A stretch of DNA of 64,000 nt from Nitrospirota bacterium (GTDB lineage: Bacteria; Nitrospirota; Thermodesulfovibrionia; Thermodesulfovibrionales; UBA9159). Of the stretch, positions 53,320 through 63,642 are shown piece by piece. The notes under the pieces were generated by a model, which was given only the letters and a program-made list of their open reading frames with translations, had not been told where the DNA came from and ran no database searches. The stretch is taken from positions 800,001-864,000 of the forward strand of contig CAVOUE010000003.1 in the NCBI GenBank assembly GCA_963699545.1, read 5' to 3'. Numbering within the stretch: position 1 is the first letter of the stretch; every line of letters begins with the position of its first letter. A program made the translations under genes and the position numbers.

Positions 53320-55323
53320 ATGGAAAGGCAGAAAAAATGCGGTTTGTTAAGGGGAAGAATGCTGATATCCTTGTCGATTCTTATGATTTTGTTGTTCGGT
53401 TCCGCGGGTGCGGAGGAAAAAATAACGGTAGGGGAGGTGGTTGTCACCGCAACGCGCCATGAGGAACAGGCAACCGATGTCCCTGCGAACGTCACTGTGA
53501 TAAGCGAAAAAGAGATCAAAAACTCTACGGCGCAGAATATCCCTGAACTGCTGCGGTCCGTGGTCGGCGTGCACGTGAACGATATCACCGGGAACGGCAG
53601 GGCCTACACTGTGGACCTCCGTGGCTTCGGGGAGACGGCGGCCCTGAACACCCTGGTGCTCGTTGACGGCAGACGCATCAACGCTGCGGATCTCAGCGGA
53701 GTGGACTGGCTGGATATACCTCTGGAACGGGTCAGCAGAATCGAGATCGTCCGCGGAGGGCGTGGCAGCGTCCTTTACGGTGACAACGCAGCCGGCGGTG
53801 TCATCAATATCATCACAAAAGAGGGGGCCGGAGGGCTCAACGCAGGGGCTGGTCTCGCCGCGGGCAGTTTCGGCACCTTAAAGGCGGATGCCTATGCGGG
53901 CGGAAGTCTGAAGGACTTTACTCTTCAGCTTTCGGGAGACTATCTTAGGTCCGACGGTTTCAGAGACAACAGCAAGACCGAATCGAGGGACTTCGGTCTG
54001 AATACCTCCTACTATTTGAAGGATCTCATGAAGATCGGGTTCAGCGCCGGATATCACAAGGACAACACCGGACTCCCCGGGGCGCTGAAGGAGAGCGATT
54101 TTGCGGCCGGGGCTTCCAGGACCGATACCCTGTTTCCGAACGACTTCGTGAAGACTGAAGATTATTACTTCATGCTCAGCCCGGAGGTCTATTTTCTGGG
54201 AGATAACGTGCTGAAGCTCGACACCTCGTACAGGAAGAGGGACTTCTCGACGTTCAGTTCGGGAGACTTTGGGAATTTCCTGGGCAACAGCAAGATCAAG
54301 ACCACGTTGTTCTCACCACAGGTCGTTCTGAAGCAAAAAGTGGCTGGGATTAGCAACACACTTACGGCGGGCATTGATTATCAAAAGGCGGATAACGATA
54401 TCGTGAACGATTCGCTCTTCTTCGGCACGCGTTCGACCGGGGTATTCGGCCTCGAGAAGGAGGAACACGGGTATTTCGCCCACGACGAGATGAACATCAC
54501 TGAATCCCTGCGCCTATCCGGAGGATACCGACACGACAGGGCGAGTTTCAGCTTTCATCCGAGCACACCCGAAAGCGTCTCGATGTCAGTGGACGTCTAT
54601 ACTGCCGGCATAAACTATACCTTCTTCAAACGCTCCTACGCTTACGTGAGTTATTCAAAGAGTTTCAGGTACCCGCTACTGGATGAGCTTTTCAGTTTCT
54701 TCAACAATACGATCAATACAGCCCTCGTCCCCCAGATCTCGGACAATTTTGAAGCGGGAGTAAGGCATTATTTCAGCGACTCCATCTATATGCACGTCAA
54801 CGCCTTCAGTCTGGACACGAAGGAAGAGATCTTCTTCAATCCTGTGACCTTTCAGAACGAGAACCTGGACGGAAAGACACGCAGGCAGGGCGTCGAAATA
54901 TCCCTTGAGGCCAGGCCTATGAATGCTCTTGCAGTGCGGGGCAGCTATACTTACATGAATGCAAAGATCAGGGAAGGCTCATTTTCAGGGAGCGACGTCC
55001 CCAATGCGCCGAGACACAAGGCAACCGTGGATGTGGCGTATAACGTAACGGAGCACGTTTCGGCAATCCTCAACGGCGTATATGTCGGGGAAAGGCGTTT
55101 TATAAGCGACTTTACGAACGAGTTCGGCAAGCAGGAAGCATATTTTGTGCTGAATGCGAAGTTTATCTACCGGTGGAAGTCCTTCAAGGCATTCTTGGAC
55201 TTAAACAATCTGACCGACAAGAAATACTCGGAATTCGGGGTCATAGGAGGGTTCCCTCTGGAAAGGGCGTTCTATCCTTCGCCGGGGAGGAATTTTCTTG
55301 CTGGCATATCGTTCACTCTCTGA
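53320..55323 (+). CDS. btuB: TonB-dependent receptor, probable cobalamin transporter
   Basis: EVVVTATR, plug-domain LVLVDG and RIEIVRG..SVLYG, C-terminal GRNFLAGISFTL; follows a B12 riboswitch. Confidence 0.85.
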   Translation: MERQKKCGLLRGRMLISLSILMILLFGSAGAEEKITVGEVVVTATRHEEQATDVPANVTVISEKEIKNSTAQNIPELLRSVVGVHVNDITGNGRAYTVDLRGFGETAALNTLVLVDGRRINAADLSGVDWLDIPLERVSRIEIVRGGRGSVLYGDNAAGGVINIITKEGAGGLNAGAGLAAGSFGTLKADAYAGGSLKDFTLQLSGDYLRSDGFRDNSKTESRDFGLNTSYYLKDLMKIGFSAGYHKDNTGLPGALKESDFAAGASRTDTLFPNDFVKTEDYYFMLSPEVYFLGDNVLKLDTSYRKRDFSTFSSGDFGNFLGNSKIKTTLFSPQVVLKQKVAGISNTLTAGIDYQKADNDIVNDSLFFGTRSTGVFGLEKEEHGYFAHDEMNITESLRLSGGYRHDRASFSFHPSTPESVSMSVDVYTAGINYTFFKRSYAYVSYSKSFRYPLLDELFSFFNNTINTALVPQISDNFEAGVRHYFSDSIYMHVNAFSLDTKEEIFFNPVTFQNENLDGKTRRQGVEISLEARPMNALAVRGSYTYMNAKIREGSFSGSDVPNAPRHKATVDVAYNVTEHVSAILNGVYVGERRFISDFTNEFGKQEAYFVLNAKFIYRWKSFKAFLDLNNLTDKKYSEFGVIGGFPLERAFYPSPGRNFLAGISFTL

Positions 55324-55355
55324 TTGCGGCTTCTGAACAGAAGGGTGTAGGTGAA

Positions 55356-56117
55356 GTGCGAGTGAGGGCATTCGGAAACAACATAATGTTTTCCGCCGTT
55401 GTACACATGACGATCATTACGGCGGCTCTGGCTCTGGCAGGTAGGGGCGCGGCTTTGCGCGTCCCTGATGAATATGTGAAGGTAACCTTGATCGGACCTG
55501 CGGAGACGCTGCAGCAAGGGATGGGCGTGGGGCGGAAAGAAGAGCCTGCAAAGGGACCTGAGCAGCAAGTGAAGAGAAAGCGGCTGCAGAAGACTACCGC
55601 GCCCCCCCCTGCGGTCACTGAGAGGAAAGAGTCAACGCCTGACCCCCTCCCCGAGACAAAGATTTCGTCTCAGGATGGGACAGGCCCCGCAAAGGGAGAT
55701 CAGGCCGAAGTCGCCGGGTCCCTTCAGGGAGATCAGGGTGAAGGGTTCCGGAGGACATCTTCTGGAGTATTGCAGGTAGCTGTCCTCGGCAGAGAAAACC
55801 GGAAGGACGATCCTGCAGCAGGTGAAGAGAGGAAGACGGGGAGCGGCCCTTGGGCGGTCGGCGCGATAAGGAATGCCATAGAGCGGGCAAAAACATATCC
55901 GGCCCTTGCAAGGAAGAGAAACCAGGAAGGCACTGTTGTTATGGAATTCTCGATCAATGCCAAAGGGGTGCCGGAGAATATCAGGGTAACGAAAAGCTCG
56001 GGGTTCAGCCTTCTTGATACGGCGGCGAAGGAAACCGTTATCAGGGCAGCACCACTGCCGGCGGTGCAAGGCAGCATTGAGGTGCCGATCACGTTCATCC
56101 TGAAAAAAGAACATTGA
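55356..56117 (+). CDS. tonB: energy transducer TonB
   Basis: TM segment with His, Pro-rich linker and YPALARKRNQEGTV..SSGFSLLD C-terminal domain. Confidence 0.85.
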   Translation: MRVRAFGNNIMFSAVVHMTIITAALALAGRGAALRVPDEYVKVTLIGPAETLQQGMGVGRKEEPAKGPEQQVKRKRLQKTTAPPPAVTERKESTPDPLPETKISSQDGTGPAKGDQAEVAGSLQGDQGEGFRRTSSGVLQVAVLGRENRKDDPAAGEERKTGSGPWAVGAIRNAIERAKTYPALARKRNQEGTVVMEFSINAKGVPENIRVTKSSGFSLLDTAAKETVIRAAPLPAVQGSIEVPITFILKKEH

Positions 56118-56195
56118 CCCATTGGCGCGCCGGAGCGCGTTATCAGGTACAATAGGGTTATAAGGGGGATGCAGGCCCAGCCGGAAAGGAGTTCA

Positions 56196-56714
56196 ATGCG
56201 CAGGGGATACGTTCAGGTATACACAGGCAACGGCAAGGGAAAGACGACCGCGGCCCTTGGTCTCGCGCTGAGGGCTGCCGGAGCCGGCCTCAAGGTATTT
56301 ATTGTGCAGTTCATCAAGAAGAGACGGTGCAGCGAACACAAAATGCTGGAACGGTTCGGGGGCCTGATAACCATACGGCAGCACGGCAGAGGCTTTCTTC
56401 TGAAGCGGAAGGCGAACCGCTCGGATGTCAGTGAGGCACAGGCCGGCCTTGGCGAGGTGAGAGAGGCTATCGCATCAAGGGAATTCGATGTCGTGATACT
56501 GGACGAAGCGAATGTTGCGGTGAACTGCAATCTCCTCAGCGTCGACGACCTTATCGAACTGATGGAAGCGAAGCCGAAGAACATCGAAATGATCATCACC
56601 GGCAGATACGCCGATGAGAAGGTGATCCAAATGGCCGACCTTGTGACTGAAATGAAAGAGATCAAGCACTACCGCAAGAAAGGCGTGAAAGCCAGGGCAG
56701 GCATTGAATTCTAG
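56196..56714 (+). CDS. cobO: cob(I)yrinic acid a,c-diamide adenosyltransferase (CobA/CobO/BtuR)
   Basis: YTGNGKGKTTAALG, VQFIK, ILDE, TGR and ADLVTEM. Confidence 0.93.
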   Translation: MRRGYVQVYTGNGKGKTTAALGLALRAAGAGLKVFIVQFIKKRRCSEHKMLERFGGLITIRQHGRGFLLKRKANRSDVSEAQAGLGEVREAIASREFDVVILDEANVAVNCNLLSVDDLIELMEAKPKNIEMIITGRYADEKVIQMADLVTEMKEIKHYRKKGVKARAGIEF

Positions 56715-56752
56715 GAACGGAGTAGCGCTGTGCCCTTCTTCGCAGGTCCTCC

Positions 56753-57463
56753 ATGGATGAACGTCTTTCCAGGGCGATGAGCTATGTCGTAGGGATTGGG
56801 TACAAACCCTTTGACAAAAGGGGAAAAGAGATTATCATGAAGGCAGACATCATTCTCGCCTCTGAAAGGCTCTTTGATGTCTTTAGGAGGTATGAGGAAT
56901 TCGAGCTGGTCAGGGACAAAACAGAGGTGATCAATAACGTGGACGCCACGATGAATTTTCTCAGGTCTCATCTCTCGGGTCTTAAGTCTCATGCCGTCGT
57001 TCTCGCCTCGGGTGATCCCCTGTTCTGCGGTATCGGCAGAAGGATGGTGGAGGAGTTCGGGAAGGAAGCGGTGGAGATAATCCCCGACCTTTCGAGCGTC
57101 CAGCTCGCCTTTGCGAGGATAAAGGAGCCGTGGGACGATGCGCTCCTCATCAGCGTTCACCACGGTCCCGACGCCGAGGCGCGAAGGAAGCCGAAGTACG
57201 GGGTAAAGGATATTCCGTCCCTCCTTGCGAAGCACGAAAAGATCGCTGTGCTCACCGATAAGGGGAACAATCCGGCGGTGATCGCACGAGAGATAGTGTG
57301 CTCGTCGGCTATCAGCCGTCAGCGGTCGGCTATAAAAATATTTATATGCGAGAAACTGGGATATCCCGACGAACGTATCATTCAAGGAACGCCGGACGAG
57401 GTGGCGGCCATGGAGTTTTCAGAGCCGAATGTGGTCATATTGTTGAGGCGGCAGCAATCCTGA
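56753..57463 (+). CDS. cbiE: precorrin-6Y C5-methyltransferase (CbiE-like)
   Basis: VVGIG, VLASGDPLFCGIG, SSVQLAFAR and CEKLGYPDE. Confidence 0.85.
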   Translation: MDERLSRAMSYVVGIGYKPFDKRGKEIIMKADIILASERLFDVFRRYEEFELVRDKTEVINNVDATMNFLRSHLSGLKSHAVVLASGDPLFCGIGRRMVEEFGKEAVEIIPDLSSVQLAFARIKEPWDDALLISVHHGPDAEARRKPKYGVKDIPSLLAKHEKIAVLTDKGNNPAVIAREIVCSSAISRQRSAIKIFICEKLGYPDERIIQGTPDEVAAMEFSEPNVVILLRRQQS

Positions 57464-57571
57464 TACGGAGGTGGGTAGTGCCGGAGGTCATGAGGCATGA
57501 ACTCGGGGTGATAGCACAACGACTCTCTGAGGTGACCCGGTCAGACCAGGAATGACAAAGCCGTCAGTCCT

Positions 57572-58413
57572 TCAGAAGGTTTTTTTTGCGGACCCTCTCT
57601 TTCTTCTTCGAACCGGGGTCGTATCTCCCTTTTTAAATAACTGGTTGTATGTCACCGGGTCATGCTTTTTCAAACAGTCGGGACATATGCCGTGGGTAAA
57701 GGAAGCATCGGAATGCTCCTGGATGTACATCTCGACCTTTTTCCAATAACCCCCGTCATCGCGTATCTTCTTGCACCACGCGCACATGGGAAGCAAACCG
57801 GTCAGCGTTTTGATCCTCGCCACCGCTTCCCGAAGTTGCAGGATCAGCATTTCTTTTCCCTGTTCGATCCGTTTGCGTTCGGCAATGTCCTGCCGGAGCT
57901 GGTCGTTCACCCGGCGGAGCTCGGCGGTGCGTTCCAATACAAGGTTCTCCAGGTGTTCGCGGTCTCTGTTCAGTTCTTCCTCCGCCTGCTTTCGCTCGGT
58001 AATATCGTGCCAGATAGTTTGAAAGACCTTTTGGCCTGACAGGTCCGTCACCGGGCAATGACAAACACATGTCGTATCTCCCCCGATTTGGTTCTGTGCC
58101 TCACTTCGAACTCTGCCCTCCCGTGACGCAATACTTCTCTGATGCTGGCCTGTATATCTTCAGGGCTCTGGAAAGGGTCGATGTCGGAAATGCTCAGCTT
58201 TTCGAATTCCTCCCGAGAGTAACCGAGCTGGCGATGGGCCGCTTCATTGAATTCAATCAACCTTCCATCGGTACTTATGATCAAAATGCCGTCAGGGGAC
58301 TGCTCAAATATGGTGTGGTACCGGTGTTCCGTTTCGAGGAGTTTGGTGTCGGAATCGCCTCTTCCCCTCTTCCGTCCTATTCCCTTGTCCCTATGCTTTC
58401 TGTCCGATTCCAT
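57572..58413 (-). CDS. PAS domain protein with C-terminal Cys/His zinc-ribbon tail (1 frameshift)
   Basis: FEQSPDGI PAS domain, HDITERK, coiled coil and GLLPMCAWCKKIRD..THGICPDC. Confidence 0.8.
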
Positions 58414-58614
58414 GTCGCAGTATGTCCGTCGAGTTCTCAGTCGAAGTCGTCTTCCGAGGAATTCGGCGGTAGCCGCCGAAAGAACCTCTACTTACATTGT
58501 CTCTTGCGCAAGCGTTCTTGTCAACTGCGGAGGAGGCAATAAAGTGTTCTATCGTTGCAGCTTTTCTCCTTCATTTCTGTGCTATCATAAAAGGAAAACG
58601 AAGGTGAAATAATC

Positions 58615-59208
58615 ATGTCAGAGAAAGAAAAACCGTTGCCAAAACCTCCGAAGACGCCCTTTGGAAGAAAGCGTTCTGAGGAAAGGGAAGAGGGCGCCCC
58701 GCTTATGGCTGACAGGATGGCCGCAGCGATGGCAGAGGGAAAACTGGCAGAGTTCATGAAGGAGGAGATGCCCGATAATGACTACGCCAGGGCCCTTGCC
58801 TCGATGATGATGGGAATTACCGGCATGATGCCGCCTGAGGCCTTTCCTCCCCGTTCCGGGGAAAGACCGGAAGAGTGTTCTGACAGGGCCGAAGACGTGA
58901 ACCCGCCGGAGGTGATGCCTTCCGGCGTTCAGCCTCCGGCGGATGTGATGGATGCTGCTCACACAGGTGACGTAAAAGGCGTTATGGAGATGCTTGCCAG
59001 GGAACATGAGAAGAGGAATCCGGGATCAGGATCGATCCCCGCGGAAAAGGAAGGAACGGATGATATGCCCGGACTCAGTGACGTTGAGAAGGAGACCCTG
59101 AACCAGCTCTTGAAGATTGCATCTGAAAACAACGTGAGTGTGGACTGGATGGTGTTAAGGGCCCTCAGCCTCTACATCCGTGAGTATCACAACACAGGGC
59201 GGCTCTGA
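58615..59208 (+). CDS. hypothetical protein (possible C-terminal ribbon-helix-helix-like motif)
   Basis: 197-aa ORF ending ETLNQLLKIASENNVSVDWMVLRALSLYI. Confidence 0.65.
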   Translation: MSEKEKPLPKPPKTPFGRKRSEEREEGAPLMADRMAAAMAEGKLAEFMKEEMPDNDYARALASMMMGITGMMPPEAFPPRSGERPEECSDRAEDVNPPEVMPSGVQPPADVMDAAHTGDVKGVMEMLAREHEKRNPGSGSIPAEKEGTDDMPGLSDVEKETLNQLLKIASENNVSVDWMVLRALSLYIREYHNTGRL

Positions 59209-59332
59209 GAATTCCGCCTCGATCCGTTACTTGATCACCGCCACTGGCCCAGTCAATCGTTTCGTTTTCAGAGTGTCATCCTTTCACGCCAACGGACATT
59301 CGGCTGCCGAGATCACACATCGATCACAGTTT

Positions 59333-59704
59333 TCAATCGGTTCGGTCCCGATTGTGTTCGCCTCGTGCATCAGACTTTGAGTCGGGTGGCAAGTGATAGG
59401 CCACAAAGAATAACCCAAAGGATACTAAAATGGTAATACAGGCTACCGTCAATGCGAGTGATGTTCCACGCCATAGCCCGGCAAACCAATGACTAAGCTC
59501 ATTCGCAAGCACGCTCACCTTTCCGCCGTAGAGTTCCAGATCATGTACATACTTCTTGGAATGCTCAAATTCATAAACCAGATCGCTGTCTGAAGCATTC
59601 CCGGCTGTCAGATAAATCAAGATGGCGCTTCCCAAACCAACCAGCAGGACAATAGCAGTAATGAGGTAAAGGCGTGTTTGCAGCTTTGTGATGTTCCACT
59701 TCAT
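59333..59704 (-). CDS. hypothetical 2-TM membrane protein
   Basis: Two hydrophobic helices flanking SKKYVHDLELYGGK. Confidence 0.6.
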   Translation of the reverse strand: MKWNITKLQTRLYLITAIVLLVGLGSAILIYLTAGNASDSDLVYEFEHSKKYVHDLELYGGKVSVLANELSHWFAGLWRGTSLALTVACITILVSFGLFFVAYHLPPDSKSDARGEHNRDRTD

Positions 59705-60015
59705 GTTGTGCCTATTCTTACTCCCTCGTCAAACCCGGTTGCCCGGGAGCTTTACGGTTCCCTTATGCCGACATTGTGTCACGGTTTTTCATTGTACCAT
59801 ACATCACGGTTCATCACATCACAGGTACAGACCAGGGAAGAAAGGAAAGACCGGCCCTCATTCCGTCATCACGGGCAATTACTCGTCAGCCCTGGCCAGG
59901 GACATTGTCAGACGGGACCTGACAGGTTCGCTGGAAGGCGGGGTGTGGAAAAAGGCCTGCCAGTTCTGTTATCATAGAGTTGCTAAACATCTAACATGTG
60001 AGGTGAGGTTCGAAT

Positions 60016-60195
60016 ATGGCATTCATAAAAAGTGTAATGAATTTCTTTTCTCTTGAAGAGGAGAAGCGGCCGGTGCAGGACCTGGGAAGAAATGAGCCCT
60101 GCTGGTGCGGAAGCAGCAGAAAATACAAGCACTGCCATCTCCACGAAGACCAGAAGAGGCTGAAGAATTACTCGGCAGACTGCCTGAATGGGTGA
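60016..60195 (+). CDS. small SEC-C motif protein
   Basis: [30 protein letters not shown]. At 59 aa it is not in the ORF track. Confidence 0.75.
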   Translation: MAFIKSVMNFFSLEEEKRPVQDLGRNEPCWCGSSRKYKHCHLHEDQKRLKNYSADCLNG

Positions 60196-60242
60196 AAGAC
60201 CCGTTGAGTTGAGTTCAACTCAGGGATAAGGACAAAGCGTTC

Positions 60243-61076
60243 TCAAAAGCCTAGGTCCTTCAACTTTTCCAGGCTGTTTTCGTCATAGTGCTCTCTTTTC
60301 CACTTGAAAGGGACGTCGATGATCTCCCCGGGTGTTTTTATGAAATAGAGAGCGCTAAAAGCCTCAGCCAGTACCGCCCTCTGCTGGGCGATATTGAACG
60401 GTTCTCCCAGCGGATGTCCGAAAGGCCACCTGAGATAAATCGTCCTGGGCGGTTTCACCTTCTCGGTATATTCCCTGACTATGGATATCCCAATAGTGGG
60501 GATGCCCATTCCCTCGATCACTCTCTGTATCAGTCCGACGGCCTGATTGCACGTGCCTCAGCCCGGCGTCATTAACACCACATCAACACCCTCTGCCTTG
60601 AGGCGTTTGGCAACCTTCGGGGCGGTATCGGCGACGAGGGTCTGGAGCCGGGGACCCAGTATGTGGCCCATGAATCCGTAATGGGTATGTGATAGTGTGC
60701 CGATGATCCCTTCGCCTTGAAACTCCCTGAGTCTTTCAAGCGGGAACACGATATTCATATCCCTGTCTGCATCGCCATGATCATAATAGTCGTGCGTGAT
60801 CATGAGGTCGTTCGGCGGTCTTGTGCCATCGATCACCCTGAAGGTGGCATCTCCGTTGGGATCTCTCATGTCAAAAGGCGTTTGATCCTTCTGATGCACT
60901 CCGGCAGTAGTGACCAGCGCCACCGAACATTTACGCAGGGGTTTACTCACCGGTGTCCAGGGGATCTCCTTTGATTCCGCGGGACGGTATGAAGCGATAA
61001 AGAGCTCTGCGAGGAGGGGGAAACGGGTAAGGACCTTTGCCAGGAGCCTGTTCTTTAATCGTGAAATCTCTGTCAC
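60243..61076 (-). CDS. GrdB/PrdB-like reductase selenoprotein B family protein (U-x-x-C)
   Basis: VALVTTAGVH, HDYYDH, NIVFPL and DVVLMTPG-TGA-GTCNQAVGLIQRVIEGMGIPT. ORFs 60558-61076 and 60243-60521 are in the same frame. Confidence 0.85.
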
Positions 61077-61101
61077 CGGCAGCCACGGGACATGGGCATT
61101 T

Positions 61102-61308
61102 CTACCATGTCAATGAGAGGAGATGCGCCACGTCCGACTGTAAACGGTTGAACTTGCATTTGACCACCATGCACTGCTCCGAACGATAGCACGTGCCGCA
61201 CTTAATGATCACATGGACACTTATGCCCGTACTTTCGCGGTGAGGGCAGGGGATATGGAGTTTCCCGGTGTCTTCAGAATAACGCTTGTCCAGATAGGCG
61301 CTTTTCAT
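61102..61308 (-). CDS. small Cys-containing hypothetical protein
   Basis: 68 aa with CPH, CGTC and C..C; directly upstream of the selenoprotein gene. Confidence 0.5.
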   Translation of the reverse strand: MKSAYLDKRYSEDTGKLHIPCPHRESTGISVHVIIKCGTCYRSEQCMVVKCKFNRLQSDVAHLLSLTW

Positions 61309-61561
61309 GGTTTATTATACACCGAATGGGGTCTTATTAAGGACGTCCAAATTTCCACGTCCCGTCACATTTCCGGCGCGGAAGAAGGGTATATCCGGTG
61401 TTCTAAGAATGAAAAGACGACTTGACCTGTCATCGGCAAACGCAAGAATTCTTCGATGGAAGCGTACAAACATGGAACAGTTTCCCCTTTCTGTCCTCTT
61501 CACCATTCATGCTATGCTATAGTGAAAGAAAAATAGAGGGAGTGTGGGGTTTGACGAAATT

Positions 61562-62503
61562 ATGAAACTCAGGATAGGGCATCTCTCCACCTTTTACCAT
61601 ACTTCAATCTTGTTAATGGCAAAGGGAGACGCCGGCAAAAAACTTGGAGTCGATGTCGAGTGGGAGTTGTTCGGCACAGGTCCCGCAATTGTGGAAGCCT
61701 TTGAAAGAGGCAAGCTTGACCTCGCTTACATTGGATTGCCGCCGGCCATCATAGGGATAAGCAGGGGAATGAGCATTATATGCATTGCGGGGGGACATAT
61801 AGAAGGAACAGTAATTGCCGGGGAAAGAGAGTTGATCAGCTATCAGGAAGAAGAAGACATACGGATTATCCTCGATCAACTCACAGGAAAGTGCATAGGA
61901 GTGCCGGGGAAGGGTTCGATACACGACGTGATCATAAGGGAATGCCTTGAAAGATTGAATCTCACGGAAGGGATAGAGATAGTGAATTTTCAGTGGGCTG
62001 ACCAGGTGACAGAGGCGGTGGCGAAGGGAGAAGTCTCCGCTGCAGTCGGCACTCCTGCCTTGGCCGTGGCAGTTGAACGCTATGCCGCTGGTAAGATCCT
62101 CTATCCCGCGTCAAGGCTCTGGCCCCACAACCCCAGCTACGGAATTGTCGTAGACAAAAGGTTTTTGACCGAGGAGAGGGAAACGGTCGAGCGCTTTCTC
62201 GTTCTCCATGAAGAGGCGACTTCCCTGATCAGGAACAGGCCGGGAGAGGTGGCGAGGACGATCGCCCGTTATGTCGGGTTCATCGATGAAGAGTTTGTGA
62301 TGGATACCCTGAAGGTGTCTCCAAAATACTGTGCCCAGATCACCGACGAGTATATTTCTTCGACGATGGAATTTGTGAAGGCGCTGAAACGGCTGGGATA
62401 CATACGCAGAGACATCGGTTCCGACGGCATTTTTGATACCCTTTTGATCAGACGACTTCATCCTGAGAAAGACCACTACGGAGACGGCATCGCAGAGGCT
62501 TAA
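61562..62503 (+). CDS. NitT/TauT (SsuA/TauA-like) substrate-binding fold protein
   Basis: RIGHLSTFYHT, FGTGPAIV, DLAYIGLPP and GVPGKGSIHD; no obvious signal peptide. Confidence 0.75.
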   Translation: MKLRIGHLSTFYHTSILLMAKGDAGKKLGVDVEWELFGTGPAIVEAFERGKLDLAYIGLPPAIIGISRGMSIICIAGGHIEGTVIAGERELISYQEEEDIRIILDQLTGKCIGVPGKGSIHDVIIRECLERLNLTEGIEIVNFQWADQVTEAVAKGEVSAAVGTPALAVAVERYAAGKILYPASRLWPHNPSYGIVVDKRFLTEERETVERFLVLHEEATSLIRNRPGEVARTIARYVGFIDEEFVMDTLKVSPKYCAQITDEYISSTMEFVKALKRLGYIRRDIGSDGIFDTLLIRRLHPEKDHYGDGIAEA

Positions 62504-63642
62504 CCGCGCATGAGGAACTCTTGCACCTGTCTTTTTATCTCCAGATGGTGCAGGGGAATATTCGGCACATCCTTGTTTCCCGGAACAGCGAGGACATGGA
62601 CAAATCTGACCCCCTCGTCTGAACTTTTCATTACATCCGTCAACCCTTTCTCATCAGCCACTTTGATGGTATTCTTTATCCCGAATCCCGTCGCCACAGC
62701 CGCAAGGTCAACACATGATTTTGTAAGTGTGGGCTGGTTTCCTGTTGAGCCGTAGGAACCGTTATCTATTGCAAAGACGGTGAGATTTCCGGGCGAGAAA
62801 TGTGCAGCAGTAGCAAGGCTCCCAGGATTCATCAAGAGGCTCCCGTCACCATCTATTGCAATAACGTGCTTTCTTGATGTCAGCGCGATCCCGAGTCCGA
62901 TGGGGGTAACCATGCCCATGCTGCCCAGCATATAAAAGTTGGACGGCTGGTGTTTGATATGGAAGAGTTCTTTTGAAGGGGCGCCAAGATTGCATACAAC
63001 CACTTTGGAATCAAGATAAGGGGCTATGATATTCAGAATCTCGAAGCGTGTCAGCCGCGGCGAATGCGTCCGGTGCCCGATAGGTGCTTCATATTCAATT
63101 CTTTCTTTGGTGCCTTTTGTTCTGACTGAGGACTGCTGAACGCTGACTTCCGATTTTTCCCATATCGCGGGGCTGAGGAGAAATGCGTGGATCCGGTTCT
63201 TCTTGTAAACGTCTTCAAGTCTCTTCCCTACAAGCCCGAAATCCTTCCGTGTGTTGACGGCTGTATGGTGTATGCCGGCGCCATCTAAAATACCAGGGAG
63301 TTTCTTGCCCATGGGTATCTGGGCTCCGATTTTCTCTTTATATATGCCTCTGCGGCTGACAAACAAGGCGAGGGGCAGCCGGTAAAATCCTGTGAGGGAA
63401 AGTAATGCATTGATCATATTCCCGACGCCTGAACTCTGGACGAACATTGCGGGCCGTCTGCCGGATAATGCAGCGCCTGCAGTGATGCCGACACCCTCTT
63501 CTTCCCGGGTCAAAGGCACATGAAAAAACTCTTCGCTCACCCGTTCGAGAAGGACTTTGATCTTCTCGCAGGGAAGGGAAGAAATAAAGTCGACCCCGTT
63601 CTTCTTAAGCAGTGCTATCAGCTCTTCTTCAGGGTATTGCAT
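62500..63642 (-). CDS. comDE: fused sulfopyruvate decarboxylase alpha/beta (ComDE)
   Basis: SLPC, LTREEEGVG and QSSGVGN (alpha); NFYMLGSMG, IDGDGSLLM and DNGSYGSTGNQ (ThDP-binding beta). Confidence 0.85.
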   Translation of the reverse strand: MQYPEEELIALLKKNGVDFISSLPCEKIKVLLERVSEEFFHVPLTREEEGVGITAGAALSGRRPAMFVQSSGVGNMINALLSLTGFYRLPLALFVSRRGIYKEKIGAQIPMGKKLPGILDGAGIHHTAVNTRKDFGLVGKRLEDVYKKNRIHAFLLSPAIWEKSEVSVQQSSVRTKGTKERIEYEAPIGHRTHSPRLTRFEILNIIAPYLDSKVVVCNLGAPSKELFHIKHQPSNFYMLGSMGMVTPIGLGIALTSRKHVIAIDGDGSLLMNPGSLATAAHFSPGNLTVFAIDNGSYGSTGNQPTLTKSCVDLAAVATGFGIKNTIKVADEKGLTDVMKSSDEGVRFVHVLAVPGNKDVPNIPLHHLEIKRQVQEFLMRG

